Part shown: in pieces, positions 1 to 8,824 of the stretch | How positions within the stretch are numbered: position 1 is the stretch's first letter | Layout of the letters: each line of letters begins with the position of its first letter | NCBI GenBank assembly: GCA_030532645.1 | Contig: JAUNKU010000001.1 | Coordinates: 1 to 55,259 of the forward strand | Direction of reading: 5' to 3' | Source of the DNA: Neisseria sp. | Lineage (GTDB): Bacteria > Pseudomonadota > Gammaproteobacteria > Burkholderiales > Neisseriaceae | DNA: 55,259 nucleotides | Position numbers and translations under genes: made by a program | The notes under the pieces: model-generated | The model's input: the letters and a program-made list of their open reading frames with translations, nothing else | Database searches by the model: none | What the model was told of the DNA's origin: nothing

Positions 1-1146
1 GATTTTTCCCAAGAAGAAGCCGATGCCGTTTCGCGCGTGCTGCTGTCCAACCGCGTCAATTATTGGACGGGGCAGGAAGGCCGCGCGTTTGAAAAAGAAT
101 TTGCCGCTTGGTGCGGCACACAACACGCGGTGGCGGTGGGCAACGGCACGCTGGCTTTGGATTTGGCGCTGAAAGCCTTGGATATCGGCGCAGGCGATGA
201 AGTGATTGTTACGCCACGCACTTTTCTGGCCTCGGCTTCGGCGATTGTGAACGCCGGTGCCGCGCCGGTATTTGCCGATGTGGATTTGAACAGCCAAAAC
301 ATCACCGCCGACAGCATCCGTGCGGTGTTGTCGCCGCAAACCAAAGCCGTGATTGTCGTGCATTTGGGCGGTATGCCTGCGGAAATGGACGAAATTATGG
401 AGCTCTCGGCGGAGCACGGTTTCAAAGTCATCGAAGACTGCGCGCAGGCGCACGGGGCAACCTACAAAGGCCGCCCGGTCGGCAGCATCGGCCATATCGG
501 TGCGTGGTCGTTCTGCCAAGACAAGATTATGAGCACCGGCGGCGAAGGCGGTATGGTAACCACCGATGATGAAACCTTGTGGGAAAAAATGTGGGCCTAC
601 AAAGACCACGGTAAAAGCTACGATGCCGTGTACCGCCGCCAACATCCGCCGGGCTTCCGCTGGCTGCACGAAAGTTTCGGCACCAACTGGCGGCTGACCG
701 AAATGCAGTCCGCCATCGGCCGTATCCAGCTCAAACGTATGGCAGACTGGACGGCCCGCCGCCGCGCCCACGCCGCCGTATTGGAACGCGCTTTATCGTT
801 TTCAGACGGCATCCGCCTGCAAACCGTTCCGCCGTACATCGGCCACGCGCAATACAAATTCTATGCTTTCGTGCGCCCTGAAAAACTGGCCGAAGGCTGG
901 TCGCGCGACCGTATCGCCGCCGAGCTGACCGCCGCCGGCGTTCCCTGCTTCCAAGGCAGCTGCTCGGAAGTTTATTTGGAAAAAGCCTTCGACAACACGC
1001 CTTTCCGTCCGCAAGGCCGTCTGAAAAACGCACAGGAATTGGGCGAAACCGCGCTGATGTTTTTGGTACATCCGAGCATTACCGATGAGCAGATTACGCG
1101 TTGCGCCGAAGTGATTAGAGAAATTGTGCCTAAAGCGTTTGTTTGA
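1..1146 (+). CDS. pglC: DegT/DnrJ/EryC1/StrS PLP-dependent aminotransferase, pilin glycosylation PglC (5' end outside window)
   Basis: Frame open from base 1 (DFSQEEADAVSRVLLSNRVNYWTG). IEDCAQAHGA and SFCQDKIMSTGGEGG PLP motifs. Closely resembles Neisseria PglC and lies directly upstream of pglD. Confidence 0.92.
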   Translation, partial: DFSQEEADAVSRVLLSNRVNYWTGQEGRAFEKEFAAWCGTQHAVAVGNGTLALDLALKALDIGAGDEVIVTPRTFLASASAIVNAGAAPVFADVDLNSQNITADSIRAVLSPQTKAVIVVHLGGMPAEMDEIMELSAEHGFKVIEDCAQAHGATYKGRPVGSIGHIGAWSFCQDKIMSTGGEGGMVTTDDETLWEKMWAYKDHGKSYDAVYRRQHPPGFRWLHESFGTNWRLTEMQSAIGRIQLKRMADWTARRRAHAAVLERALSFSDGIRLQTVPPYIGHAQYKFYAFVRPEKLAEGWSRDRIAAELTAAGVPCFQGSCSEVYLEKAFDNTPFRPQGRLKNAQELGETALMFLVHPSITDEQITRCAEVIREIVPKAFV

Positions 1147-1249
1147 GTTGGTGCAGGCGGGGAAGCGTTTCCAATGATTGGACTTCCCCTCTTTACAGCC
1201 CAACCTGCCGCCGCTGTTAAAAAGAAGCCATAAACACAAACGCCGTCTG

Positions 1250-1312
1250 AAAACGAACGCAGTGAGTTTCTGCGAAGCTAAAACGAACGCAGTGAGTTTC
1301 TGCGGAGCTAAA
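1250..1312 (+). repeat. 2x 30-bp tandem repeat AAAACGAACGCAGTGAGTTTCTGCG(A/G)AGCT inside an inverted DUS pair (1242-1251 / 1346-1357)
   Basis: Read directly: 1250-1279 and 1280-1309 differ at one base, with no spacer between units. Confidence 0.9.
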
Positions 1313-1420
1313 CCAAGCCCCGATACCGAACCGATTCTCGCTTTTTTCAGACGGCCTTGGCTCAACCCGCCGCAAATTTACGGTAAAATCTCCCGTTTTC
1401 TTCTTATCGGACAAGCCATC

Positions 1421-3331
1421 TTGACCCTCCACGCCCTGCTCGCTCTGCCGCGCGGTATCAAAAAACTGTTTTTCGTGGTACACGACGCGCTGCTGCTGTT
1501 TTTCACCTACTGGTTCAGCCTGAGCCTGAAACCGGCCTATGCCGACGAATGGCTCAACCGCGACAACTGGCTGTTGTTCGCGCTCTCCGCTGCGCTGACC
1601 ATCGGCCTGTTCGTCAAGCTCGGGCTGTACCGCGCAGTCACGCGCTATTTGGGCAGCAAAGTGATTTCCACCGCGCTGATCGGCAGCTTGGCTTCCGCAC
1701 TGATGCTGGTGGCGGTGAACAGCATTTTGGGCAATCCGTTTACGCCTGCCGTATCGGTGGTTTATTTTGTGATGCTGTTCGTGCTGATTACCGGCTCGCG
1801 CTTCGTTGTCCGCGCGATTTTGTCGGGACACCACCCTGCTTATCACGCCGACAGCGTGCCGGTGCTGATTTACGGCGCAGGCAACAGCGGCCGCCGTTTG
1901 CTGGAAGCCGTCAAACAGGAAGGCGGCTATCGGGCGGTGGCTTTTATCGACGACAATCCGGCGATTCAGCAGGCAACCATCGGCGATTTGACAGTGTACA
2001 GGCCGTCTGAAACCGCGCGCCTAATCGAGCAGTTCCACATCAAAAAAATCCTGCTGGCACTGCCGAATCTGAACCACGAAGCGCGCCGCGCCATTATCCG
2101 CTCGCTGGGCGACCACCCTTGCGAAGTGCTTTCGCTGCCGAGTATCCGCGACTGGATGGACGGCCGCCCGAGCTTGGGCGCATTGAAAAAAATCTCCGCC
2201 GAAGACCTGCTCGGCCGCGAGCCGGTTGCCCCCGATGCCGCACTGATGGCCAAAGACATTGCCGGAAAAACTGTGATGGTAACCGGTGCAGGCGGCTCGA
2301 TCGGCTCGGAATTGTGCCGCCAGATTCTGCAAAACCGGCCGAAAAAACTGGTTTTGTTCGAGCTTTCCGAATACTCGCTCTACCGCATCGAAAAAGAACT
2401 GCGCGAAATACCGTTTTCAGACGGCCACGAACGCCCCGAAATCGTGCCGCTGCTCGGCTCGGTACAGCAGCGCAAACGCCTTTTGAACGCAATGCAGACT
2501 TTCGGCGTGCAAACGATTTACCACGCCGCCGCCTACAAACACGTTCCGATGGTGGAATACAACACGCTCGAAGGTATCCGCAATAATGTTTTCGGCACGC
2601 TGTTTTCCGCCGAAGCCGCAATAGAAGCAGGCGTGGAAACCTTTGTACTGATTTCCACCGACAAAGCCGTGCGCCCCACCAACACCATGGGCGCAAGCAA
2701 ACGCCTGTCCGAACTGGTTTTGCAGGCACTGGCCGCCGAGCAAGACAATACGCGCTTCTGTATGGTGCGTTTCGGCAACGTACTCGGCTCGTCCGGCTCG
2801 GTCGTGCCCGTGTTCACCAAACAAATCGCCGCCGGCGGGCCGGTAACGCTGACCCACCCCGAAATCACGCGCTATTTTATGACCATTCCCGAAGCCGCAC
2901 AGCTCGTTATCCAAGCCGGCGCAATGGGACAAGGCGGCGACGTCTTCGTATTGGATATGGGCGAATCGGTCAAAATCATCGACTTAGCGCGCCAGATGAT
3001 CCGTTTGAGCGGCCTGACCGTCAAAGACGAAAACCATCCGCACGGCGACATCGAAATCAAAATCACCGGCCTGCGCCCCGGCGAAAAACTCTACGAAGAA
3101 CTGCTGATCGGCGAAGCCGTTGCCGGTACACCGCATCCGCGCATTCTCACCGCCAACGAAACCCTGCTGCCGTGGCCGCAGCTTTCCGAACTGCTCGCCG
3201 AACTCGACCAAGCCTGCAAACAAGGCGACCAAGCCCAAGCACGCGCCCTGCTGCTCAAAGCCCCCACCGGCTTCAACCCGACCGACGGCATCTGCGATCT
3301 GGTTTGGCAGGAAGCACATAAGGCCGTCTGA
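1421..3331 (+). CDS. pglD: UDP-GlcNAc 4,6-dehydratase (CapD/PglF-type), pilin glycosylation PglD, 636 aa
   Basis: N-terminal TM region, VLIYGAG, TGAGGSIGSEL, HAAAYKHVP, STDKAV and VRFGNVLGSSGSV motifs. Start reassigned to TTG at 1421 (MTLHALLALPRGIKK resembles the Neisseria PglD N-terminus). The ORF-track extension from 1178 just translates intergenic repeats. Confidence 0.9.
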   Translation: MTLHALLALPRGIKKLFFVVHDALLLFFTYWFSLSLKPAYADEWLNRDNWLLFALSAALTIGLFVKLGLYRAVTRYLGSKVISTALIGSLASALMLVAVNSILGNPFTPAVSVVYFVMLFVLITGSRFVVRAILSGHHPAYHADSVPVLIYGAGNSGRRLLEAVKQEGGYRAVAFIDDNPAIQQATIGDLTVYRPSETARLIEQFHIKKILLALPNLNHEARRAIIRSLGDHPCEVLSLPSIRDWMDGRPSLGALKKISAEDLLGREPVAPDAALMAKDIAGKTVMVTGAGGSIGSELCRQILQNRPKKLVLFELSEYSLYRIEKELREIPFSDGHERPEIVPLLGSVQQRKRLLNAMQTFGVQTIYHAAAYKHVPMVEYNTLEGIRNNVFGTLFSAEAAIEAGVETFVLISTDKAVRPTNTMGASKRLSELVLQALAAEQDNTRFCMVRFGNVLGSSGSVVPVFTKQIAAGGPVTLTHPEITRYFMTIPEAAQLVIQAGAMGQGGDVFVLDMGESVKIIDLARQMIRLSGLTVKDENHPHGDIEIKITGLRPGEKLYEELLIGEAVAGTPHPRILTANETLLPWPQLSELLAELDQACKQGDQAQARALLLKAPTGFNPTDGICDLVWQEAHKAV

Positions 3332-3367
3332 AAATCAAGCATATCCGGCCAGTCTCCCTATCAAACA

Positions 3368-3397
3368 AAAACCTCTTTCCAAACGGAAAGAGGTTTT
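3368..3397. terminator. Bidirectional intrinsic terminator between convergent pglD and MFS gene
   Basis: Perfect 13-bp stem AAAACCTCTTTCC-aaac-GGAAAGAGGTTTT, nested between inverted DUS copies at 3321-3332 and 3453-3464. Confidence 0.75.
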
Positions 3398-3453
3398 GCT
3401 TTATGCTTCGCCGTTCAAAATGCGATACCGTTACAAAAAACGATACCCCTTTT

Positions 3454-4737
3454 TCAGACGGCATTCATTCCTTTCCGTTTCACCCGCCAAGCAGCCAGCA
3501 CGCCCAAACCCAAACCGAACATTACATAATAAGCCGGCGACAGCGGCGAACCGGTTTGCTGAATCAGCCAAGTAACAATAAACTGTGCAAAACCGCCTAC
3601 CAGCAAAACTGCGCCGTTATACGAAACGGCCAAGCCCAAACCGCGCACCTGCGGCGGAAACAGCCCGGCCATCGCGGTGCTGAATACGGAGAAAAAGGCG
3701 GCGGCACATACACCGGCAGCCAGCTGCGTCATTACCAAACGTGCAAACGAGGGCTCTGCCGACAACCAAGCATAAAGCGGATAAATCATCAGGAAAAAGG
3801 CAGCCAGCGACACCAGCAGCAAAGTGTTTCGGTTGATTTTATCCGACAGCAAGCCGAACAGCGGTGTCAGCACCACCACCCAAACCGCGCCGATCAGCTG
3901 CGCGGCAAAAGCATCCTCCAAGGGTAGATTGAGAATTTTGGTGGAATAAGTAACCAAATAAGTAAACGTGATATACACCGTTACCGTCGCTGCCGAAACC
4001 AAACCTGCACCGGTTAAAATTTCACGCCAAGCTGCCGTGAAGGTCGGCAGCAATGCACTTTTCTCGGCCTTGCGCTCACTCTGCATTTCCTTGAAAACCG
4101 CCGTTTCGTCCAATTTTTTACGGATAAAGACAGCCACCGGAATAATCACCAGCCCGAATGCAAACGGAATCCGCCAAGCGCCGGCCTCAATTTCTTCGGC
4201 AGTAAAAAACACCGTCATCAACGTACCGGCCGCGGCACCGAGTACCAAACCGATCATCTGACCGGTCATCTGCCAAGAACCGTAGAAACCTTTTTTGTTT
4301 TCCGGTGCCATTTCAATCAAGAGCGCGGTGGCCGTACCAAACTCGCCGCCGGCAGAGAAGCCCTGCACCAAGCGGGCAATCAAAATCAGCATCGGCGCAA
4401 CCACACCGATAGCGGCATAAGTCGGCGCAGCCGTAATCATCAGCAGCGACACCGCCATCAAGCCGGTCACCAATACCATTGCCGCTTTACGCCCTTTTCG
4501 GTCGGCATACAGCCCCAAAATAATGCCGCCGACCGGCCGCATAAAAAAGCCCACGCCGAAAATCGCCGTCATCAGCAATACGGCATTTAAATCTCCGCCG
4601 CCTCCGTCTGCCGACGGAAAAAACAACTTGGAAATAATCGGTGTCATAAAAGCAAACACCAAAAAATCGTACCATTCCAAAGCATTACCAATCACAGCGG
4701 CCGCCAAATTGCGGATTTTTACTGTTGCCGATTGCAT
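3454..4737 (-). CDS. MFS metabolite:H+ symporter (ProP/CitA/KgtP-like MHS family)
   Basis: GNALEWYDF, FFMRPVGGIILGLYADRKGRK and RLVQGFSAGGEFG signatures with about 12 hydrophobic segments. ATG at 4737 preceded by GAAAGG. Confidence 0.88.
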   Translation of the reverse strand: MQSATVKIRNLAAAVIGNALEWYDFLVFAFMTPIISKLFFPSADGGGGDLNAVLLMTAIFGVGFFMRPVGGIILGLYADRKGRKAAMVLVTGLMAVSLLMITAAPTYAAIGVVAPMLILIARLVQGFSAGGEFGTATALLIEMAPENKKGFYGSWQMTGQMIGLVLGAAAGTLMTVFFTAEEIEAGAWRIPFAFGLVIIPVAVFIRKKLDETAVFKEMQSERKAEKSALLPTFTAAWREILTGAGLVSAATVTVYITFTYLVTYSTKILNLPLEDAFAAQLIGAVWVVVLTPLFGLLSDKINRNTLLLVSLAAFFLMIYPLYAWLSAEPSFARLVMTQLAAGVCAAAFFSVFSTAMAGLFPPQVRGLGLAVSYNGAVLLVGGFAQFIVTWLIQQTGSPLSPAYYVMFGLGLGVLAAWRVKRKGMNAV

Positions 4738-4874
4738 AAGCAAACCTTTCCGTCTTAGAATTCCGAAACATTTTTCTGTAAATAAATATGCCGCTTATCT
4801 TTACAATAAACAGCATTTCTTTACAGATTGTCAGAATTTTTCCCAATGTTCAAGTTTTTCTGCAAGGACAGCCG

Positions 4875-6038
4875 ATGACCGCCGCAAAAACCACCCGACA
4901 ATGGCTCGCTGAGTTAGTAGCCTTTGATACCACCAGCCGTTATTCCAATTTGGATTTGATCCGTACCGTGCAGGCGCATTGTGAGGCGTACGGTATGATT
5001 TGCCGCGTTACAACCAATGCCGAGGGCAGCAAGGCGAATTTGTTTGCTACCCTGCCGGATTCAGACGGCCATACGCAGGGCGGTTTGGTGTTGTCGGGTC
5101 ATACCGATGTGGTACCGGTGGACGGTCAAGATTGGGCAACGCCGCCTTTCGAGCTGACTGAAAAAGACGGCAAACTCTACGGACGCGGTGCGTGCGATAT
5201 GAAAGGCTTTATCGCTTCGGCGCTGGCGCTGCTGCCCGAATGGGCGGCAGGCGAACGCAAGAAACCGCTGCATTTCGCTTTTTCCTATGATGAAGAAATC
5301 GGCTGCGCCGGTGCGCCGGTAATGATTGCGGAGCTGCTGGAAAACGGCCAGCAGCTGGACGGCTGCGTGGTCGGCGAGCCGACCGGAATGCAGGTTGTTG
5401 TGGCACACAAGGGCATCAATCTGTTTGCCTGCACCGTACACGGCAAAGCGGCGCATTCTTCGCTCACGCCGCACGGCTGCAATGCCATCGAATATGCCGC
5501 GCGCCTGATTTGCCGTATCCGCGACATTGCCGACCAATTCCGCCGCGAAGGCCCGTTTGACAGCAAATTCGATGTGCCTTTTACCACAATGACCACCAAT
5601 CTGATTGAAGGCGGCATTGCGGTCAACACCATTCCGGAATGCTGCCGCTTCCAATACGAATTCCGCAATCTGCCCGGCATTCCGGCAGCAGAAATCCAAG
5701 CGCAAGTGGAAAGCTATATCGAAAACGAACTGCTGCCCGCAATGCGCCGCGAATATCCCGACGCTGCCGTGTCCGTTGAAAAAGGCGCGGCTGCTCCTGC
5801 TTTGGAAGCGGCCGAACAAGCCGCGATTACTCAACTTGTCCGCGCCCTGCGCCGCGACAACGAAATCCGCAAAGTCGCCTACGGCACAGAAGCCGGCCTG
5901 TTTCACGAAGCCGGTATCCCGACACTGGTCTGCGGCCCTGGCTCGATTACGCAGGCACACAAGCCGAATGAGTTTGTAGAAATCACGCAACTGGACGAAT
6001 GCGATGACTTCTTGCGGAAATTGGTTGCCGCGCAGTAA
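4875..6038 (+). CDS. argE: Acetylornithine deacetylase-like M20 metallopeptidase
   Basis: LSGHTDVVP, YGRGACDMKGF, SYDEEIGC, GEPT, YGTEAGLF and QAHKPNE motifs. Start reassigned to ATG 4875 with AAGGA RBS at 4864-4868. Confidence 0.82.
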   Translation: MTAAKTTRQWLAELVAFDTTSRYSNLDLIRTVQAHCEAYGMICRVTTNAEGSKANLFATLPDSDGHTQGGLVLSGHTDVVPVDGQDWATPPFELTEKDGKLYGRGACDMKGFIASALALLPEWAAGERKKPLHFAFSYDEEIGCAGAPVMIAELLENGQQLDGCVVGEPTGMQVVVAHKGINLFACTVHGKAAHSSLTPHGCNAIEYAARLICRIRDIADQFRREGPFDSKFDVPFTTMTTNLIEGGIAVNTIPECCRFQYEFRNLPGIPAAEIQAQVESYIENELLPAMRREYPDAAVSVEKGAAAPALEAAEQAAITQLVRALRRDNEIRKVAYGTEAGLFHEAGIPTLVCGPGSITQAHKPNEFVEITQLDECDDFLRKLVAAQ

Positions 6039-6054
6039 ATCTGGATAAGGAAGG

Positions 6055-6109
6055 GCCGTCTGAAAACAAATACCCTTACCAAATAGATTTATTTTTTAGA
6101 CGGCTTTTT
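6055..6109 (+). terminator. DUS-derived hairpin terminator after argE
   Basis: GCCGTCTGAA at 6055-6064 pairs with degenerate TTTAGACGGC at 6095-6104, followed by a T-run. Confidence 0.55.
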
Positions 6110-6230
6110 GTTTTTCAAGATTACCCTCCTTTTGGATTTGAACTCTGAAATCCTGTCCAGGAAATAGAAAAAAATTTAAAATTAACCATCTAAGATAAAA
6201 TTAATCGTTATTACTCTCTTCTATCAAACC

Positions 6231-6899
6231 ATGAAAAAACTTCTCCTACTGACTTTTCTTTCTGCTTCTGCTCCACTCTTTGCCAAAACCACTTGTTCAT
6301 CATTCAACACACAAGCCGAAGCGCAACGCTATTATTTGACTCACAACGCATACTGGCTGGATAGAGATAGGGATGGAGAAGCCTGCGAATGCTTACCAGG
6401 TGGGAGTAAATACGGAAAACGCACCTGTAAAAAATACAGAAGACTGAACACACCGACACCAACTTTCTATCCAACACAACCCAGATATATTTCTCCCCCT
6501 ATAACGTCACAGCCCACTATCAGACAAGTAAATAAACGGCATGAGGTTATCCGTGTAAATCCTTTAGATGCTGATCCGACCCCATACACCAATGAAACAC
6601 TGCGAGAAGCTACATTCCGCCATTTACCGCAAGGAAAAGCCGTTTACTCCCTCAACGATGTACAAATCCGCTCCTGCCCATCAAAAAATTGCAGTAGCTA
6701 CGGCGTAATACCTAAATCCACCACGATGTATTTAGGGAAAGACAATCAAAATTTCTACTATCACAAAGGCTGGATTTTTGTACATTATCAAGGTTCATTC
6801 TGCTTCTTGGAAAATCATACTCATAAAACAGGTTGTCTGCGTTGGAGCAATCCTATCCGCGCATCAGGTTGGGTATATTCAGGCAATTTAGCATTTTAA
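6231..6899 (+). CDS. Secreted protein: signal peptide + Excalibur Ca-binding domain + Pro/Thr linker + SH3-like C-terminal domain
   Basis: MKKLLLLTFLSASAPLFA signal peptide. CSSFNTQAEAQ...LDRDRDGEACE matches the Excalibur DxDxDGxxCE pattern. VQIRSCPSKNC..GVIPK resembles bacterial SH3. AT-rich. Confidence 0.72.
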   Translation: MKKLLLLTFLSASAPLFAKTTCSSFNTQAEAQRYYLTHNAYWLDRDRDGEACECLPGGSKYGKRTCKKYRRLNTPTPTFYPTQPRYISPPITSQPTIRQVNKRHEVIRVNPLDADPTPYTNETLREATFRHLPQGKAVYSLNDVQIRSCPSKNCSSYGVIPKSTTMYLGKDNQNFYYHKGWIFVHYQGSFCFLENHTHKTGCLRWSNPIRASGWVYSGNLAF

Positions 6900-6926
6900 G
6901 CCGCATCCTATCTTAATCCATACACT

Positions 6927-6964
6927 AGGCCGTCTGAAAACACGCATTTTCAGACGGCCTTTTT
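6927..6964. terminator. Inverted AG-DUS pair, bidirectional terminator between Excalibur gene and ispH
   Basis: AGGCCGTCTGAA 6927-6938 and TTCAGACGGCCT 6949-6960 with a T-tract, between convergent genes. Confidence 0.8.
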
Positions 6965-6975
6965 ACATTTCCAAG

Positions 6976-7920
6976 TTACTTCAACTTGCCGTTGCGCAAT
7001 TCTTTCGGCAGCACAAACACGATGCTCTCTTCCACGCCTTTGCCTTCGCGCAGGGTTTCGTGTCCCCAGCTTTGAATGGTTTTCACCACATCTTCCACCA
7101 AAATTTCGGGAGCGGACGCGCCGGCGGTTACGCCGACTTGCGTTTTGCCTTCAAACCATTCGCGTTGCAGCTGTCCGGCATTGTCCACCATATAAGATTC
7201 TACGCCGCGCAACAGGGCAACTTCGCGCAGGCGGTTGCTGTTGGAGGAGTTCGGCGAGCCGACCACAATCACCAAATCGCATTGCGCGGCCAGCTCTTTA
7301 ACGGCTTCTTGGCGGTTGGTGGTGGCGTAGCAGATGTCTTCTTTGTGCGGGCTTTTGATATTCGGAAAACGCGCCTGCAACGCGGCGATAATATCGCGCG
7401 TTTCATCGACCGAAAGCGTGGTTTGGCTGACGTGGGCAAGTTTGTCGGGATTGCGCACCTGCAATCCGGCCACATCATCCACGGTTTCCACCAGCAGCAT
7501 CACGCCTTCGCCGAGTTGCCCCATCGTACCTTCCACTTCGGGGTGTCCGGCGTGGCCGATCATAATGATTTGGTAGCCCTGCTCGTCCAGCCGTGCAACT
7601 TCTTTATGCACTTTGGTTACCAGCGGACAAGTTGCATCAAATACGCGGAAACCGCGTGCGGCGGCCTCTTCCTGCACGGCTTTGGATACGCCGTGCGCGG
7701 AATAAATCAGCGTTGCGCCTTCGGGCACATCGTTCAAATCTTCAATAAACACCGCACCTTTTTCGCGCAGATTGTCCACCACGAATTTGTTGTGTACGAC
7801 TTCGTGGCGCACATAAATCGGCGCGCCGTATTCTTCCAGCGCACGTTCAACAATGCTGATGGCACGATCCACGCCGGCGCAAAAGCCGCGCGGATTGGCG
7901 AGCAGAATGGATTTGCTCAT
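6976..7920 (-). CDS. ispH: 4-hydroxy-3-methylbut-2-enyl diphosphate reductase
   Basis: [32 protein letters not shown] and TAGASAPE motifs. ATG at 7920 with AAGGA RBS. Confidence 0.97.
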   Translation of the reverse strand: MSKSILLANPRGFCAGVDRAISIVERALEEYGAPIYVRHEVVHNKFVVDNLREKGAVFIEDLNDVPEGATLIYSAHGVSKAVQEEAAARGFRVFDATCPLVTKVHKEVARLDEQGYQIIMIGHAGHPEVEGTMGQLGEGVMLLVETVDDVAGLQVRNPDKLAHVSQTTLSVDETRDIIAALQARFPNIKSPHKEDICYATTNRQEAVKELAAQCDLVIVVGSPNSSNSNRLREVALLRGVESYMVDNAGQLQREWFEGKTQVGVTAGASAPEILVEDVVKTIQSWGHETLREGKGVEESIVFVLPKELRNGKLK

Positions 7921-7942
7921 TTTGAGTTCCTTTTGGGGCACA

Positions 7943-8221
7943 AGGCCGTCTGAAAACGTAGTTTCAACGAAGTTAAAATGCAGTTTTTGTGGAGCTGAAA
8001 CGAGCGTGTAGGTTGGGTTGCAGCGCAGCGTAAACCCGACAAAACGACTATTCTCAGCAATGTTGGGTTTTCACTTCGTTCCAACCCAACCTACCTTACT
8101 TCTACACGCTTCGTCATACTCGGGCTTGACCCGAGTATCTCCCCCGTTTAGGTTTCTGAAATGCCGGCAGAGGAGATGCTCGGGTCAAGCCGAGCATAAC
8201 GGTGTTATTTTCAGACGGCCT
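7943..8221. repeat. Intergenic repeat mosaic: DUS, 22-bp minirepeat x2, GTAG-type REP doublet, CGTC-type REP doublet, inverted DUS
   Basis: GTAGGTTGGGTTG 8008-8020 pairs with CAACCCAACCTAC 8082-8094. TTCGTCATACTCGGGCTTGACCCGAGTATCT 8110-8140 has an inverted partner at 8174-8201. Confidence 0.85.
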
Positions 8222-8227
8222 TATGCG

Positions 8228-8704
8228 TTAATTTTGTTGTTCTTTCTTATGGCGGAAGCCGTCAATCACAAACAGCACCATACCGACACAGATAAAGCTG
8301 TCGGCAATATTAAACGCCGGATAAAACCAGTTTTGCCAGTAAAACAGCAGAAAATCGACAACATGGTCGTACAGCACGCGGTCAATCACATTGCCCAAAC
8401 CGCCGCCGATAATCATTGCCGCGCCGATTTGGCCAAGCCTGCCGAATTCGTTTTTCAGAATGCCGCGCACCAGCCACGCGCTGATCACAAAAGCCAGTAC
8501 GATAAAAAAGTATTTCTGCCAACCGCCGTGGTCGGCCAGAAAGCTGAACGCCGCGCCGGGATTGAACAGCAGCGTCAAATCAAAAAAGTTCGGGATGATA
8601 TTCAGCCGCTCGCCGTATTCAAAGCGTTGCAGCACGGCAATTTTGGTGATTTGGTCGAGCGCAATCGCAGCAACAGCGAGCGCCAACAGAAAAATTCGGT
8701 TCAT
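8228..8704 (-). CDS. lspA: Lipoprotein signal peptidase II
   Basis: DQITK, NPGAAFSF, GNVIDR, VVDF and AFNIAD motifs. Confidence 0.97.
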   Translation of the reverse strand: MNRIFLLALAVAAIALDQITKIAVLQRFEYGERLNIIPNFFDLTLLFNPGAAFSFLADHGGWQKYFFIVLAFVISAWLVRGILKNEFGRLGQIGAAMIIGGGLGNVIDRVLYDHVVDFLLFYWQNWFYPAFNIADSFICVGMVLFVIDGFRHKKEQQN

Positions 8705-8824
8705 ATTCAGACGGCCTTCGAGGCAGACAAAGTCGGTTATTGTACCGCAATTCCTGCTGCCGCGCCTTGCCTGTTGCCGCGCAAAACGCTATAAAGAAAC
8801 CCGTTTTGCCCGATTGGAACGCCG

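Noticed and set aside
1250-1312. 30-bp direct repeat as a CRISPR array
   Set aside because: The two units abut with no spacer and there are no cas genes in the window.
1178-1420. 81-aa N-terminal extension of PglD in the ORF track
   Set aside because: It translates DUS and the tandem repeat (KTNAVSFC twice). The homologous N-terminus begins at TTG 1421.
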